From the NCBI GenBank assembly GCA_951406725.2, contig OX597823.1, positions 69,006,001 through 69,070,000 on the forward strand: a stretch of DNA of 64,000 nucleotides. The letters are read 5' to 3'. Shown here piece by piece: positions 24,095 through 38,422 of this stretch (positions are counted from its first letter, which is position 1; the number at the start of each line of letters is the position of its first letter). This DNA is from Octopus vulgaris (lineage: Eukaryota). The notes below the pieces were generated by a model. It was given only the letters and a program-made list of their open reading frames with translations, did no database searches and was not told where the DNA came from. The translations under genes were made by a program, and so were the position numbers.

Positions 24095-24825
24095 GCATAT
24101 ATATATATATACATGTATGTATATATGTGTGTATGTGTGTGTGTGTGTGTGTGTATGTATGTCAGTGTGTTTGTATATTAGTACTTTAATACAGCTTGTA
24201 ATATATTAGGTTAAAAAACCTGTGATGAAAGAAAAGTCTGAAATCTCAAACAAAACTCAAACCATTCAGCATCTATAACCATGATAGATGTGCTACCAAT
24301 TGCATTAAACTAACCTTTGGTCTCCTTCCCCCATTAAGTAAGCTGCTTTAATCTCACAAGCTCATAGAAGATACATGGTTTAATTACCCAATCTATAACA
24401 AGCTACTATTATTTATAACTATATACACTGATAAATGACTTATTTACATATCTCATAATGCTTCTGCATTTATAGTTTAAATATAAACATATATCATCAT
24501 AACCATTACTATTTTACATATAGCTTTCATGTTGACTGTACATGAATGCTGTGATAGCAGCGAGAGAAAAGCAGGACTGGAGGAAACTGTAGCTGTGGGA
24601 AGAGAGCAGAAGATGGGAGCAGTTAGAGCATTACATGAGAATCGAATGCAAGGAAGGAGTAGTGGGGTTATGCATCAGTAGGACCCCAGCCACTTCCTTT
24701 GGTATCATTCTTTCAATCATGCTTGCCTCAATGGGGCTTCCCCTGCACAACATGTTACCAATCATCACAGATTTTCGTCATCTCCTTTGTGAGATTCAGC
24801 ATTTTGAGATCAGCTTTTCCAAAGA

Positions 24826-24832
24826 CCTCATC

Positions 24833-24927
<95 letters not shown>
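24826..24927. repeat. (CT)n-(TA)n microsatellite
   Basis: Direct inspection. Confidence 0.95.
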
Positions 24928-24930
<3 letters not shown>

Positions 24931-25842
24931 GGTGTCCATAAAGTCTCTTTACAATTTAAAAAAATTATTACAAAGGCAGTTGATGAGATATTTTAACCAG
25001 ATTTGTTTTATTTTAATAATTGTTTATTAAAGTTTTTATAGATATTAACTTTTTGTGTTTCACATACTCTGTTGATGGAAGGGAACTGATTTACTGAACA
25101 CCTATAAAATGAGGATGAAGCATTCCCCGAGCGAGTTTGTTTTAGTGATGAGGTGACTTTCATGTTTCAGGGAAATTAAACAGACACAATGTGAGAATCT
25201 GGGGATCAGAACACCCTCATGTAACTAGGGAGCTTCAACGGGATAGCCCAAAAGTGAATGTGTGATATGAAATCATGTGAAATCGAATAATTGGTCCATT
25301 TTTCTTCAATGAGGCAACAATTACTGCAGATGTTTACCTTGACCTTCTGACCGAATATGTGGAACCACAACTAATTGATTTACAACCAACCATCATTTTC
25401 CAGCAAGATGGTGCACCACCACATTGGGGACGGCATGTTCGTCAGTTCCTCAATCAAACATTTCCAGACTGATGGATTGGAAAGGATGGGCCAATTCCAT
25501 GGCCACCGCGTTTGCCAGATATCACTCTCTTGGACTTCTTTTTATGGGGTTATGTAAAAGATATCGTGTATCAAACAAAGATATGGGACATTGCTGACTT
25601 GAGGCAAAGGATTTGTAATGCCATTGCCACCATTGATGAGGCTATCTTACAGTGAACATAGCAAGAAATCGAGTACCATCTTGATGGGCTTTGCGCAACT
25701 AACAGTGCCCATATTGAGGTCTATTAAATAACAGTTAAAAAAACTTTAGTAAACAATTATTACAATAAAACAAATCTGGTTATGATAACTTGTCAACTGC
25801 TTTTGTAATAAAATTTTAAAATTGTAAAGAGACTTTATGGAC

Positions 25843-25848
<6 letters not shown>
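24928..25848 (+). mobile_element. Internally deleted Tc1/mariner element of the DD41D (rosa/Visitor) family
   Basis: About 110-bp TIRs starting CAGGGTGTCCATAAAGTCTC, TA flanks; FQQDGAPPHW...WPPRLPDITLLDFFLWGYVKD with 41 residues between the 2nd and 3rd D; stop codons present. Confidence 0.9.
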
Positions 25849-25899
<51 letters not shown>

Positions 25900-25952
25900 T
25901 TATGTATGTATTTATGTATATATATATATATATGTGTATGTATGTATATATG

Positions 25953-25985
<33 letters not shown>

Positions 25986-26105
25986 GTGTATATATATATA
26001 TATATATGTGTATATATATATATACATTTGTAGTGAAGAGGTACATGATACAGTTATCTACTTTATATAGTTCCAACCAATTAGCCTTCTAATAGAGCTT
26101 CAGAA

Positions 26106-26667
26106 ATATAAAATTAAGAAGGAGAGAAACAAATTTCAAAGGTCAGTGTATATATTCATTCAATCCATTTCAAATTATAGAAATTCTCCACAATATACAT
26201 AGATGCGTTCGCATATATAAGATATAAAAATTTATAAGAATTTATAAACACATATACATACAAAGATTTGTAAATATATAAATATTCATAAATGTATAAA
26301 AATTTACAAGTATAAATATTCATAAATATATAAACACATAAATATATATACATAGATCTACTTGCAAAGTCATTAATTCTAATACGGACATTCGGACTTC
26401 ACAAGTACATCTATGTATCTATATTTATGTGTTTTTATATTTATGAATTATTATGTCTGTAAATTTTCATATATTTGTGGACTTTTATATATTTACAAAT
26501 CTTCGTATGTATGTGTGTTTATAAATTCTTATAAATTTTTATATCTTATAAATGTGAATGCATCTATATATTATATATTGTATTTTGTTGAGAATTTCTA
26601 TAATTTGAAATGGATTGAATGAATATATACACCGACTTTTGAAATTTTTTTCTCTCCTTCTGAATTT

Positions 26668-26672
<5 letters not shown>
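26106..26672. repeat. Long AT-rich inverted repeat, about 270-bp arms, 23-nt spacer
   Basis: 26106-26371 is the reverse complement of 26395-26672; ORF track shows near-identical translations on opposite strands (26156-26353 -, 26413-26622 +). Confidence 0.92.
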
Positions 26673-26702
<30 letters not shown>

Positions 26703-26769
26703 ATACACACACACATATATATATATATACACACATATTTATGTATATATATATATATACACACACACA

Positions 26770-27635
26770 CAGGGTGCCTTGGGTAAATTGTCACCATTTT
26801 ATATTTTTAATTTTGTGCAAGCACATTGTTTTTGATGTTGTTGACTACACAGTACAGTATGGTCAGCGGGACACTGTCTGTGAGTAAAACAGCACCTTGA
26901 CACAATTCACCCTGCCAGGAATTTGGAAATGACATGCTCTACTGCTTGGTATACACATCCTAAGCTCCAATACTAACATTTCAGAATGTTTGGCTGCCAA
27001 TCTGAGGACTGTGCAATCTGAGAACATGTACCAAGAGTGATAAAAATCAAACATCCAGTCAACATCATTTGGAGTGATCACTAATGATGGCAATGTTATG
27101 CCTCCAATCCTCTTCCCACACAACCTCAGACTCAACACAGAGGCCTATATCAAGTGCCTGGAGGAAGTAGTACTGCCCTGGTCAAGCGGGTGGCTGCTAC
27201 AAGATCCTATGTCAGGTAACAGGACTCTGCACCTTGCCACACAAGCAGGAGAACACCATCATGGCTGTCAGACAATCTCTGTGACCATATTCTCCCTAAC
27301 ATTTGGCTACCTAACTCCCCAGATTGCAAATTCCCTGATTATTATGTGCAGGATGCAGATGGGTGAGAGACCAACAAAATTCCTTGTTATACCAAAGATG
27401 AAGTGAAGGCAAGTATTATGGCAGAATTCACCAACTTAAACAAGGTGATCGTCCAGAAGCGTTTCAGGAGATTCCGAAGTCATCTGGAGGACGTGGAAGC
27501 CAATGGCAATTTTATTGAATAAATTTACTCCTTAGTATTTTAATGTAATTTTGGTAGATATATGTGTTAAAATGAGATGCAAGTGTTAGTTTAATTTTTG
27601 TGCAATTTAGATGACAGTTTTTTCACCGTGCCCTG
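26770..27635 (+). mobile_element. Internally deleted DD37D (maT) transposon
   Basis: Ends CAGGGTG.../...GCCCTG-TA; QDSAPCHTSR...WLPNSPDCKFPDYY with 37 residues between the D's. Confidence 0.85.
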
Positions 27636-28736
27636 TATATGTGTGTGTCTGTGTGTGTCTTAATAATACTAAAACTCTAGAGATGTTTGCGTGTACCCAA
27701 AATTTCTCAGAAATAGTATATTCTATCTTAATTTGTTTTGCATATCTATTTTCATACTTACCTTCGGCAATGCAGTACAAATTTCTGTGATATTTGGGCC
27801 TCTATTTATTAATGAAAAGGATTAAACAAAATGTTTGTTACTTCTTGACATAAAAAAATATTTCTTCCATGATGTCAACACACATACAGAATACACACAC
27901 ATATAATGAATGTCATGGCATGTCAGTCAACACAAACATACGTCCACTATCAGTGATATATACACACACAGTCTTTACACTCCCTAAGATAAAAATCGTC
28001 GACTTTTTGATGTACACCATATTTTAATCATTTAGAAATATTTTTAACTGAATGTTAAACAGACAATAATTTAATGTCTAAGTGGCACTCATTCTCTCTC
28101 TTTCTATGTCTCTTTCTCTCTCTCTCTCACAGACACACGTCCATTTCATATGCATGTTCATACATCTTTCACTTTCTCCTCTCTTTCACTTTAAAGCAAG
28201 AGTAAATAAATAAAAATCTTTTACGGAAATTAATAAACAAAACCAGCTGATCCAGATAACAGTTCTGAGAGTCAAACTGAAAGATTGCCCTAAGGAATAT
28301 CATTACAAAAATTTTTTTGAGTGTCTTCAATGTATCTCAGCTCCAAAAATTTGGCTGCTATTTCTAGCACGCCCTGCTGCCAAATAATAGCTATTTGCAA
28401 TAAAGAACCTGAAATACCTGTTATGTGGTGGTAGGGCGTGCAAGAAATAGCAAGAAATTTCTGGAGAAAGGAGCCATTTACACGTGATTTCGATCTCACA
28501 TAAATGGTTTCATATTCTTGACCTTTTTGACAAAGCTACAGATATATAGAGATAAAAGTTGAGGTTGCGTGATGTTCATGACTGTCTTCAGAGTATATAT
28601 GGAAGAAATGTGACTGGCTTTAATTGGGAAGTAGTTTGCAGATCTGACTCCCTTCTGGATGTCTATACTAGTCATGTTTCTGAATATCCCTATGGCAACA
28701 GTTTTTTACTTTTCTTCACCAAATTGTTCCTTTGTT

Positions 28737-29090
28737 ACAAACCACATGGTTCCGGGTACAGTCCCACTGTGTGATACCTTGGGTAAGTGTCTTCTACTAT
28801 AGCCTCAGGCCAATCAAAACCTTGTGAGTGGATTTGGTAGGTAGACGGAAACTGAAAGAACCCCATCGTATATTTGTATATATATATATGTGTGTGTCTG
28901 TGTTTGTCCACTCCACATCGCTTGACAAACAATGCTGGTGTGTTTACGTTCCTGTAACTTAGTGGTTTGGCAATAAGAGACCGATAGAATAAGTACTAGG
29001 CTTACAAGGAATAAGTCATGGGGTTGACTTGCCCAACTAAAGGTGGTGCTCCAACATGGTCACAGTCAAATGACTGAAACAAGTAAAAGA
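28737..29090 (+). mobile_element. SINE family A (5' clipped)
   Basis: Matches 43320-43731. Confidence 0.88.
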
Positions 29091-31435
29091 GTATATTGAT
29101 AGTACCAGTTTCAGAAGGCCTTTGAATATCATGGTCAAGATCCCTCCAGCCTGACTAAACCATAATAATGACTTTAATCTTTACTCATGTATATTATTAA
29201 GAAGCATTAAGAACAAGAATATTAAAATATATTTTACAATATGATGATTAAACTTTCTCAAAATGCATATATTTTATACGCACATTGAAATTGCTAACTT
29301 GGAATTGAAACTAGTTCACATATTTAGCAAACCAACAATATACAGTACCTGTATATCATTCAAATCACTTACCGTATTTTGTCTAGCCAGGTCGTATACC
29401 CAGAGGGTCAAATAGAAGACCCCTTCTCAATGATAGTAAGATCATCTATTTCTCTCCCTTCCTCTGTTGGTACTTTGACAAAATGATTTCACTGCCTTCT
29501 GTTTTATGTTAAGTATTCACTGCTCAGAACTCTGCCTTAAGTAGTTCTTGGTATTAGTCCCTTGTACATTCAGTGCAGAAATCTGTTATTGTTGTTGTTT
29601 AACTCCATGTAGTGCCTTTTAATCCAATAGCCAAATATGTTGCAGCTACATAGCTACAACCATGTTGTATTTTTCAAGTCATTGTTTACCTTGGTCTTCT
29701 TATCCAATGTACTTTAAGATAATTGAGTAAGATCCAAAGGAGGATCATCTTTAATTTTAGCAAGATGAGTGACCACAAAGATTCAGAGTTTTATGACCCT
29801 GGTAATACGACCAGAGATCTTTAGCTTTCTCTCCTTGACTATTTCATAGTTATATATCTCAAAGGCTTCTAATAGTCTCTTCTTCTATAGTCCTTCTTGT
29901 GAAAGAAAGCTGGTTAGGCAAGCTTCCTTTCTTATACACTGCAACACATTGTAAGAATGCTTGCAGAAGATACACTTGGAGATGAAGAATTTTATGATTA
30001 TTCTCTGTCTATTCTCTGTTGCCCACAGATCTCTGTGCTACATTTCCTATTTCTGATGATAATGGTCCTCAGGTAATTGAAACATTTCATCTGCTCTAGG
30101 CTTTCTCCATGAAAATAAACATTGATTGCTTCCTCGGTTTTATTGTCTAACCTACTATAATTGAATAAACATGAACAGTAAAAGTATTTAAATCAGATTC
30201 ACAAGGAAAATTAGTAAATTTCGTTGAAAAACTAGTAATTGTTGAGATAAATAGAAAGTTCTGTATTGTACAGCCAGAAAACCTGAAATCAAATCAATAA
30301 TTTCTGATATTTTTAAAAAGTATCAGAAAATTTATTCTTTGCTTTAGAAAATTAAGTAAATTGTAAATGATGTTTCATCTGTCATATTTTCCATCTCTCA
30401 TAGTTTTTTGTGAATATTTAAATTATTTCAAACATTTTCTCTCATCTTTCACTCAATTATGCCACCACATTCTAATTGTAATAAGTGGTTGTGGAGATAA
30501 TTACATTTTATATTGCCTTTGTGATATTTTTCTCCTTTTATTAAGTAAGCCTTTACTGGCTATGTTGATTAAGAAGAAAACTCTTATGGTAAATGATTGG
30601 TATAAGAGGCAGCACTTCAAGACAATTTAGCAAAATGGAGAATGATGAAGTAATCAACATACAGTAACAAGACAACCGTTAAATTAGCCAATGAAAAATT
30701 ATAAACAATCAATTTTATTGAAATGGGATATGATGATGTAACCAGCATGCAAAGGTAAGACAGCCTCTGAATTAGCCAAGGAAAACTGATAAACAAATGT
30801 ACAATTCTAGTAAAATAGGACAAGATTTAACAAAAACAGGAGACAATTATACAAGTGACAAGCCAAATATACCTTGACAGGTTAGAGTCTAACAATTAGA
30901 TGACTCAATTGAGCTCTTTTTAAATCTAACAGAAATAATTGCTAGCTTTAATAATTTTACTGTATTTACCTTCATTATGTCCTAAATAACAAGTCTGGAA
31001 GTCTATCAGGGGTGTCTGTTCCATTCTTGGATAGCAGGCACAAATTATCACCACTTGGCTCTTACTGATTAGTCTGTTGCAAGTAGTCATACCCGGTCTC
31101 TCATCTAAGGATAACTTTGCGCATACCTGTATGAATTATGGAAACCTTGAAATGGAACTGATGCATTCTCCTTCTGATTCTGATATTTGAAATGTTACTA
31201 CATGTAGAAAACATTTAGATGATAAAACATGGAAAAAAAAAGACAAAAAAAAAACTACCTGAGGCTCCATTATTCGGATTATTTTTTAAATCCTTTTATT
31301 CTTAGTTTAGTTCTATTTTTCATTTACTCTGTCATTGCATGTACTTTTTATTGGCAAAACCACCCTTCAAAGACAGAAAAATAATTTTACATTACAGCCG
31401 TTTCTACTGATATTGTTGTTGTTCTTTTTATCATG

Positions 31436-31489
<54 letters not shown>

Positions 31490-34400
31490 GTCATTAGTAG
31501 AATTATTCTCATATGTTTATTTTACCAGTTCCATTCAGTGGACTCACCATGCTGTGGCTTTAAAGGTTTAGTTGATCAAGCTGTACATATTTCATCTGGT
31601 ATTTATTTTATGAATCTCTGTACATCAGACACGAGCAGCACAGTGTTAACATAAATGTAGACACATACTTATGCATAGATACACCTACATACATGTACAC
31701 ACATGCACGCACACACACACACATACACACACAGGTACTTTCACATGAAAGACTTTGATACAGATTTTCTCCACCAAATTCTACTCACAAGATATTTGTT
31801 GATTTGTGGCTGAAGAAGATACTTGACCAAAGTGTTATGTGGTGAGATTGAAATTGAGACTACATCGTTGTGGAGTGAATTTATTAACCATACACTTATG
31901 CCTTCATCTATTCATAATATGAAATGAAATTCTCTACATTTTGGGTTCAAGTTCAAAAGTAATTACCTTTGCCTTCTGTCTCCAAGGGTTGATCAAATAA
32001 GTTCTAGTCTTCTAGTGAATCATTCTAATTGGTAATGCTTATTCTTTATAAATATGTGACATTGTGTTAATATAAGAAACCATTGTTAACATTAACAAAG
32101 ACACCATCGACATTCTTAGTTTCAAACATGACAGAAGATAAAGGGTTTTATCAACTAAGTAAAGCAAGTGATTTCTGTTACAAAGTAACTATGAATTCCA
32201 GAAAATTATTGGTTTAGCAAAATGGGATATGGTGGCATAATCAATATTCAAAGATAATGACCAAATTAGCCAATGAAAAGCAATAAATAAATTAATTATT
32301 GTAGGAAAATTAAATAAGATTTATCAAAACAGGAGACTATTATGCAGTCCCCAAACTGAGTTGTAACATTTTTGATTAAAATTATAAATGAGCAGGATAT
32401 GATTATGAAACTGACAAGTAGAGTCAATCAGAAAATTGATAACAGGACATGAATTAAAAGCAAATGACAAACTGATTGTGTTAGCAAGACAACCAATAAA
32501 AACACAGCAACTAACAAATTGGTAAAATTAATTGATGACAATTATAAGCAATGGCTTCATAAAACAAAATTTGGAAATTGGGCAGTGAAAAATATAATTA
32601 CACAGAAAAAGGAACCCACTAAAAAGTATTTGAAACCTGTGCACAATTCTTAAAATCTTTACTTAATTCTCAGTGATAAAAAAAAAACTCAAGAAAAGAA
32701 ATCAGTTTAAACAATATACTTTACACCAAGTATTGAGTATTCTCTTTTTGTTTCATGGATAAACGATAACATACATACATATATACCTTCACTTACAAAC
32801 ACATATCCCATACTTACAGATTTATACAATTGTTATTAGTTTTTCTGATATGTTTTGCTGAAAGTTGAACAAAAAACAAAAACAGGACAGTAGGTGTGGT
32901 TAATCTCTTTGATGTGAAATTCTAACACTCTACTGACTTTTCTTCTATATAATATTTGTTACTACATCAAAGAAACAATATTATTGTTTTTTAATATTTC
33001 TAGTGATATTTTTTCCATTTCTACTAGTATTCCATCACCACTTATAATTTTCAATCATATTGATATAAATATGTAACTTAGAAGCTCGTTTTGCAGCTAT
33101 GTTTTTCTGTGTAAGATCATACTCAGTGGCAGCACCAATATTTTGTATCAGTCTAGAAAAGGTCTGACCAGAAATTATGAAGGCAAGCTAAGTTTGTTTT
33201 TACAATTAATAATATGAGAATTTTTTTTCAGATAAGTTAAATTCAAAGTTACATCCCAATGTAATTGCAATGTTGCAGCAAATAAATGAACCATGGTAAC
33301 ATCTATTCAGTTATTATAATACGAACTAGACAGCAGCGATTTTTCTACTTAAGTGTTGTGCTGTGAAATGAAGGAGTTGAGATTCAGGTTTTGGTGCATT
33401 TATTCATAGCTATTGTGCTAAAAATATCCACTTTGTTATCTGTTGGATAACTTTATAGGTAATTATTGGTCACATGCAGTTTTAAAAGACTACATTCATA
33501 AACTCTGCTACTTAGACATTGTCTTACAGTAATCTGAAGTAGTTGGAATAGTTCCAAGAAGGCGGCCTTGTAGAGAAGCAAAAAAACTCAAGTACATTGA
33601 TCGGTGAGTTCAAAATGCTTAATTTTCATTTGATGAGACACGTTGCACTGTGGAAATTTAGTTTTACGTCGTTCAAGTTCCTTTGGTATGTCTCTGACAT
33701 GCACATGAGATCATTTATGTTGAGAACCTGATCCCATTTGGCAATAAGAAGGGAAAGAATTTACATGATATTACAGTTTTCTGTTGAAAACCGATGTCAA
33801 AGATATCAGTGAATCCAATCTAAAATACAGGAATCCAGGCCTTAAAACAAAAATCAAGCAAATGTTCTCAACTGTTTGTTGAACAACTTTGAACAAACTT
33901 CACTGATTATCAAGTTCTCCTAACGATGTGATAATTTGCCTCCCTGGTTTGGTTTTTCCAAGTTTTGTATAACTTGCCTATATACCAAATACCATCATTG
34001 TCCAGTTTCTTTTGCTCACTGCAACTCAAAGCCAGTTCACTTTCTGCATTCCTTACCAATAAAGGAAATTGCAGCATTTTTGCTAGATGTTTAATTCAAA
34101 GCAGAACTTGAAGAGAAAGAGGAGAACACAAAAGTTTGCAGGCAAAAATGATAGAAGCACCTTGCTATCAGTTTTCCTTGATGACTTGGTATTCTCTCTG
34201 AAATGGAATAATTAATCCAAAAGAAATGGAGGCACAAAATGCATGCTGACAAATCCAATTAAAGAATCTTCTCATGCCCACCTTTTTTACTTGGAATACT
34301 CATGTACAGTGGACTGAGCCATGAAATATAGTGTTAAATGCTTCAAAGACTTCAAGTGAGACAAAACTATGCAAACCTATGACTTAATGAATATCTGTTC

Positions 34401-35274
34401 ATGCGCTAATCTTATGTGTTACTTAATGCTATTGTTCAAAGCACAATGGTATTAGGCGAAATATAACCAGATGTCAACAACAATAGAATTCAATGTTGAC
34501 ATTATGCACTGCAGAAGCAATTCAGTAGCAACCTCAGAAGTTGCTCAATATCCAATATTTTCTTCACAAATAACATCATTGTGAAAAACATGTGAAAGTT
34601 GGTCCGTTTTCTAAATATCCTTCAAGTACAATTAATATGAAAGAGACCGAGTTTCACACTTCTTAAGATATTTTTTCTTTGCTTGAAGAAAGGTGAGGGT
34701 TGGTGACAGGAGGGACATCAAGTCATAGAAAATCTGCCTCAATAAATATTACCTGTCCCATGCAAGGATGGAAAATGGACGTTCAGCCATACTGCTTGTA
34801 TGGATTTCCATGATACTCTGTCATCATATAATTCTACTGTTCATTGTGTTTGGCAGGCCAGAGAGATTGCAGTTTATGTTGTCACAAATCTGTCTGATAT
34901 AGATCTTGGCCTGTCATCCTCTCCTAGCTCTTTCTTGTGTCAGTTCCCACAAAAGAACTTCATCAAAAATTTCCTCTTTTGCTCCCCAGCAGTGCCCTAT
35001 GCACCTGACTTTATGCTCTTTGATGATGTTTGATATAGGATGAAGGTTCCCATACAATCACTCATTAGTTCGACGATCTCTCCAGGTGACATTTAAAGCA
35101 TATGAGTGTAGGCTCCATTCAACCTTCTTTCCAGTTTCAAGGTAAGGATCTATGATGAGCAGCCATAAAATAGGATAAAGGTAAGAGTTGCTTGAAAGAG
35201 GCTCCTTTACATATCTTGGAATCTACATTTCCACACTAGAGATAACTTGAAGACACCCCAGGCTTTACCAACTG

Positions 35275-35512
35275 TGGAGGTGCGTGGCTTAGTGGTTAGG
35301 GAGTTGGATTCATGATCGTGAGATTGTGGTTTCAATTCCTGGCCTGGGCAATGCATTGTGTTCTTGAGCAAAATTCTTCACTTCACTTTGCTCCTAGCAA
35401 AAATGAGTAATCCTGCAATGGACTAGTGTTCCATCCAAGTGCAGAATTTATACGCCATGGAACCTGAGAAACTGGCCCTTATGAGCTAGCATGATTCAAG
35501 AAGGTAACTTTA
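35275..35512 (+). mobile_element. tRNA-derived SINE with CORE-like and Meta-like domains
   Basis: TGGCTTAGTGG A box, GGTTTCAATTCC B box, CTTGAGCAAAA core-like, CCTGCAATGGACTAGTGTTCCATCCA Meta-like block. Confidence 0.75.
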
Positions 35513-35559
35513 CTTCTTTGCTTTTTAGGTTTTCCTAATGAGTGACTTTACTGCTTTCG

Positions 35560-36000
35560 CAGCTAGAGATTTATGAGGCTCTACAAAAACACATATTCAA
35601 TATTTCAATCTTGAGATAGCAATATAGATTTCCTCGAAATTGTTACAGGATCGCTACAAGATAATACTATATCTTCATCATCTGCTTGGATTACACTCTC
35701 AGAACTTCTTTCAATACCATTAAAGACAATGGATTCACACTACATCCACAAAGGAGCAATGGATATACTACCATAAAAAAAAAAACCGTTGTGAATTATG
35801 CTGTTGAGTTAAAGCTACTCTCCAATCTAATAAGCCAAGCAGAAACCCTTCTCCATAGTCTTGAACACTCAACCAAAATATCGGTGTCCGTGGTAACTCA
35901 CACAAAACTGTATACATAAAGTTAATTCAAAACGGAGCAACCAAAACACTATCTAGCACACTTCTCAGCTGAGTAGAAGAATTTACTTACAAAAGTAGTT
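35560..36000 (+). mobile_element. Degenerate RTE-type RT fragment (different family)
   Basis: IICLDYTLRTS..GFTL..VNYAVELKLLSN..AETLLHSLE is a decayed YADD region. Confidence 0.6.
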
Positions 36001-36858
36001 AAACATCTGCCTGCAAAATTGAAAGTTAAAAATGATGATCATGATGTATGTATGCATATGCATGCATGTATGTATCTATCAATCCATATATCTACATCTA
36101 TCTCTATATATCTCTACTTCTTTACAAACTTCTCTATTGTAATATTCAGATGTGTTTACAGCATTCAAAATACTGCACATTTGTGATTAAATTAATATGG
36201 TGTGGTGGTACTGAGTGCGGTGGTACTATATAACATTAGTAAATGGTCTGTGACTAGTATTGAATTTTGAAAGTTCTACATCTCTGCGGCCTAGAAATAA
36301 ATTTAATTTAATGCTTATGTTAAAAGCTGGCTATAAATTAATATTCAGAGAATTTGCTACCTGATCAGAATAAACTAACTTTGTTTTCCTTTAAACTTTT
36401 CTATGTCACTCAATGAACATAATTAAGTGCTACATCTAGTAGGATCTAAAATGTCTTTCAGCAATATGAGTGAATAAAAATGAGCTTAATAACTAAGCTT
36501 ATATGAAAATATATCTAGTGAAGGAGAACTTCTTTGAGTAATTCTATCATGTTTCAAAAATTTTCCAATAAAGTCAAATAAAGATTTATGAAGCAGTCTG
36601 TTGACATATATAAATTATTACAAATAGTGAAGTGAATTATAGTTTTGCTTTACCTAGCTTAGAAGAAATGATTATGTATACAAGCACTCCTGTAGCCAAA
36701 AATATGCTTCAAGATGAAATTAACTTTTTAACTTCAATGTCTGAAATTGAATATAATCTTCAAAACATTTCTGTTTGATGTATGATTTACTATCGATCAG
36801 AACTTTATTAACACAAGAACTGCATTGCTGCAAAAGACTCACGTACAAAATTTTATTT

Positions 36859-37134
36859 ATTATGGATAAATTCTTGCACTTAGCAAACCAAAAGAAGTTA
36901 AGTTCATAAGAACTACCTTAGACATCTTAGTCTTATTCTCCTATCATAAAACTATTCACATTTATGATACTTTACTGGAATATTAACTTGACCCACAGGA
37001 CTTGACTGGTACTTTATTTCATAAATTCTGAAAACCTAAAAAGCAAGTAAATTTCAGCAGGAATTTGAAACCAGAATAGAGACGTCCAAAACCAGAAACT
37101 CTAGAGAATTTTGTCCAACACTCCAATAATTCTG
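36859..37134 (+). repeat. 276-bp segment duplicated at 39590-39865
   Basis: Near-identical, ungapped (constant offset 2731). Confidence 0.95.
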
Positions 37135-37207
37135 CCAATCCACTGCTTCAAATTAGCACAGGAATACCATATAAAATATACTTTACATGAAGGTTTATTT
37201 ATTAATA

Positions 37208-38422
37208 CAAGTGTCAGCTGAAAAGTTCATAGGCTGACCAAGATATCCTCATGACCTGTGACCCATACTCTTCTTCTGTTGGTGTTGTAGTGATTAAATC
37301 CCATTGGTGAAGAAGCTTTCATCTTGTTGGTCAAAAGAGTCATCAACAGCAGATATGACAATATCACTGGGATATTGGTTACCATCTAAATGCTTTTTCA
37401 TGCTAGAGAGCAGATGATAATCAGATTGGACCAAATAAGGAGAATAGGAAGTGTGATCAACCAGTTTAAAGCCACAATCATGCACAACAGCCATTGAAAC
37501 AATGGACTTGTGTGCTTGAGCATTGAACTAATGAAACAAGACCCCTTTCATCAGTTTTCCTGGGTGTTTGGTCTTGATAGCCTTTTGTAACTTCTTCAGT
37601 AAGTAGACATGGTACTCTCCATTGATGGTGTCACCCTTCTGAAATAGTCAATAAACATAATACTTTTTGCATCCCAAAACGCTGAGGCCATTACCTTCCC
37701 TGCAGAGGAAACAAACTTGGCCTTCTTTTATAGATGAGGAGAAGTGCTTCCACAGCAAAGATTTGTCTCTGTTGCAAAGTGATGAAGCCAACATTCATTC
37801 TGGATACCCCTGAAACAGTGCCATATTTTCCTGTCATGTGATCAACCTGGTGTGCTTTTCATTAGGTACCTAAGAAGACACAGCACCCAACGAGCATAAA
37901 TCTTCATCATGCCAACTCATTGTGCAAAATATTCTCAACCCTATCATGGGATATGCTGATAGCATTGGCTGTTTGATTTATAGTCAATTGCCTGTCATCC
38001 ATAACCATGTGGTGAACATGATCAATGTTTTCCTCAGTTGTGGCAGTTGCAGGATGCTCAAACCTGGCGTTAGTGTTAAGACACTTCCTTCCCCCCACCC
38101 CAATTTCAGCTGTTCTCTTTTACAGTTGATAAAGCTGGAGCATCATCCCTTAATGTAGCAACCATGTGAGCATGAGTGTCCTTGGGGGCTAAACCCTTTT
38201 CTACAGGTACTTAATAATACCACGATGCCAAATTTTGCCCATTTTCAAGAGAAGTCATGACAAGCTATTTCTTAAGTCTTCTTTGAAGAGTCAGATGTCA
38301 GTTTACTTGGAAGGAAACAATGCGGTTATCAATAAAAAGAGATAAGATTAATGTGTGCAAAATTTCACAGCTCTAGCACCATTCCTTTATAGTCAGTCTT
38401 TGTTCTTTGCAGCCCACCTTTG
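37208..38422 (-). mobile_element. Full-length-size decayed mariner (DD34D)
   Basis: Imperfect TIRs (CAAGTGTCAGCTGAAAAGTTCATAGGCTGAC / GTCAGTC..TTGCAGCCCACCTTTG), TA flanks; HTSYSPYLVQSDYHL and TEENIDHVHHMVMDDRQLT. Confidence 0.85.

Noticed and set aside
27658-28250. Helitron-like 5' start TCTTAATAATACTAAAAC
   Set aside because: No matching hairpin-CTRR 3' end found
29365-29585. Strong minus-strand splice donor (G|GTAAGTG) suggesting a host exon
   Set aside because: No good acceptor and stops in all frames within about 100 nt; needs RNA-seq
33120-34680. Repeat-poor stretch starting CAGTGGC, possibly an ancient DNA transposon
   Set aside because: No ORF or diagnostic motif recognisable
35275-35350. 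tRNA gene
   Set aside because: A/B boxes present, but the sequence continues into a SINE body and the cloverleaf is degenerate
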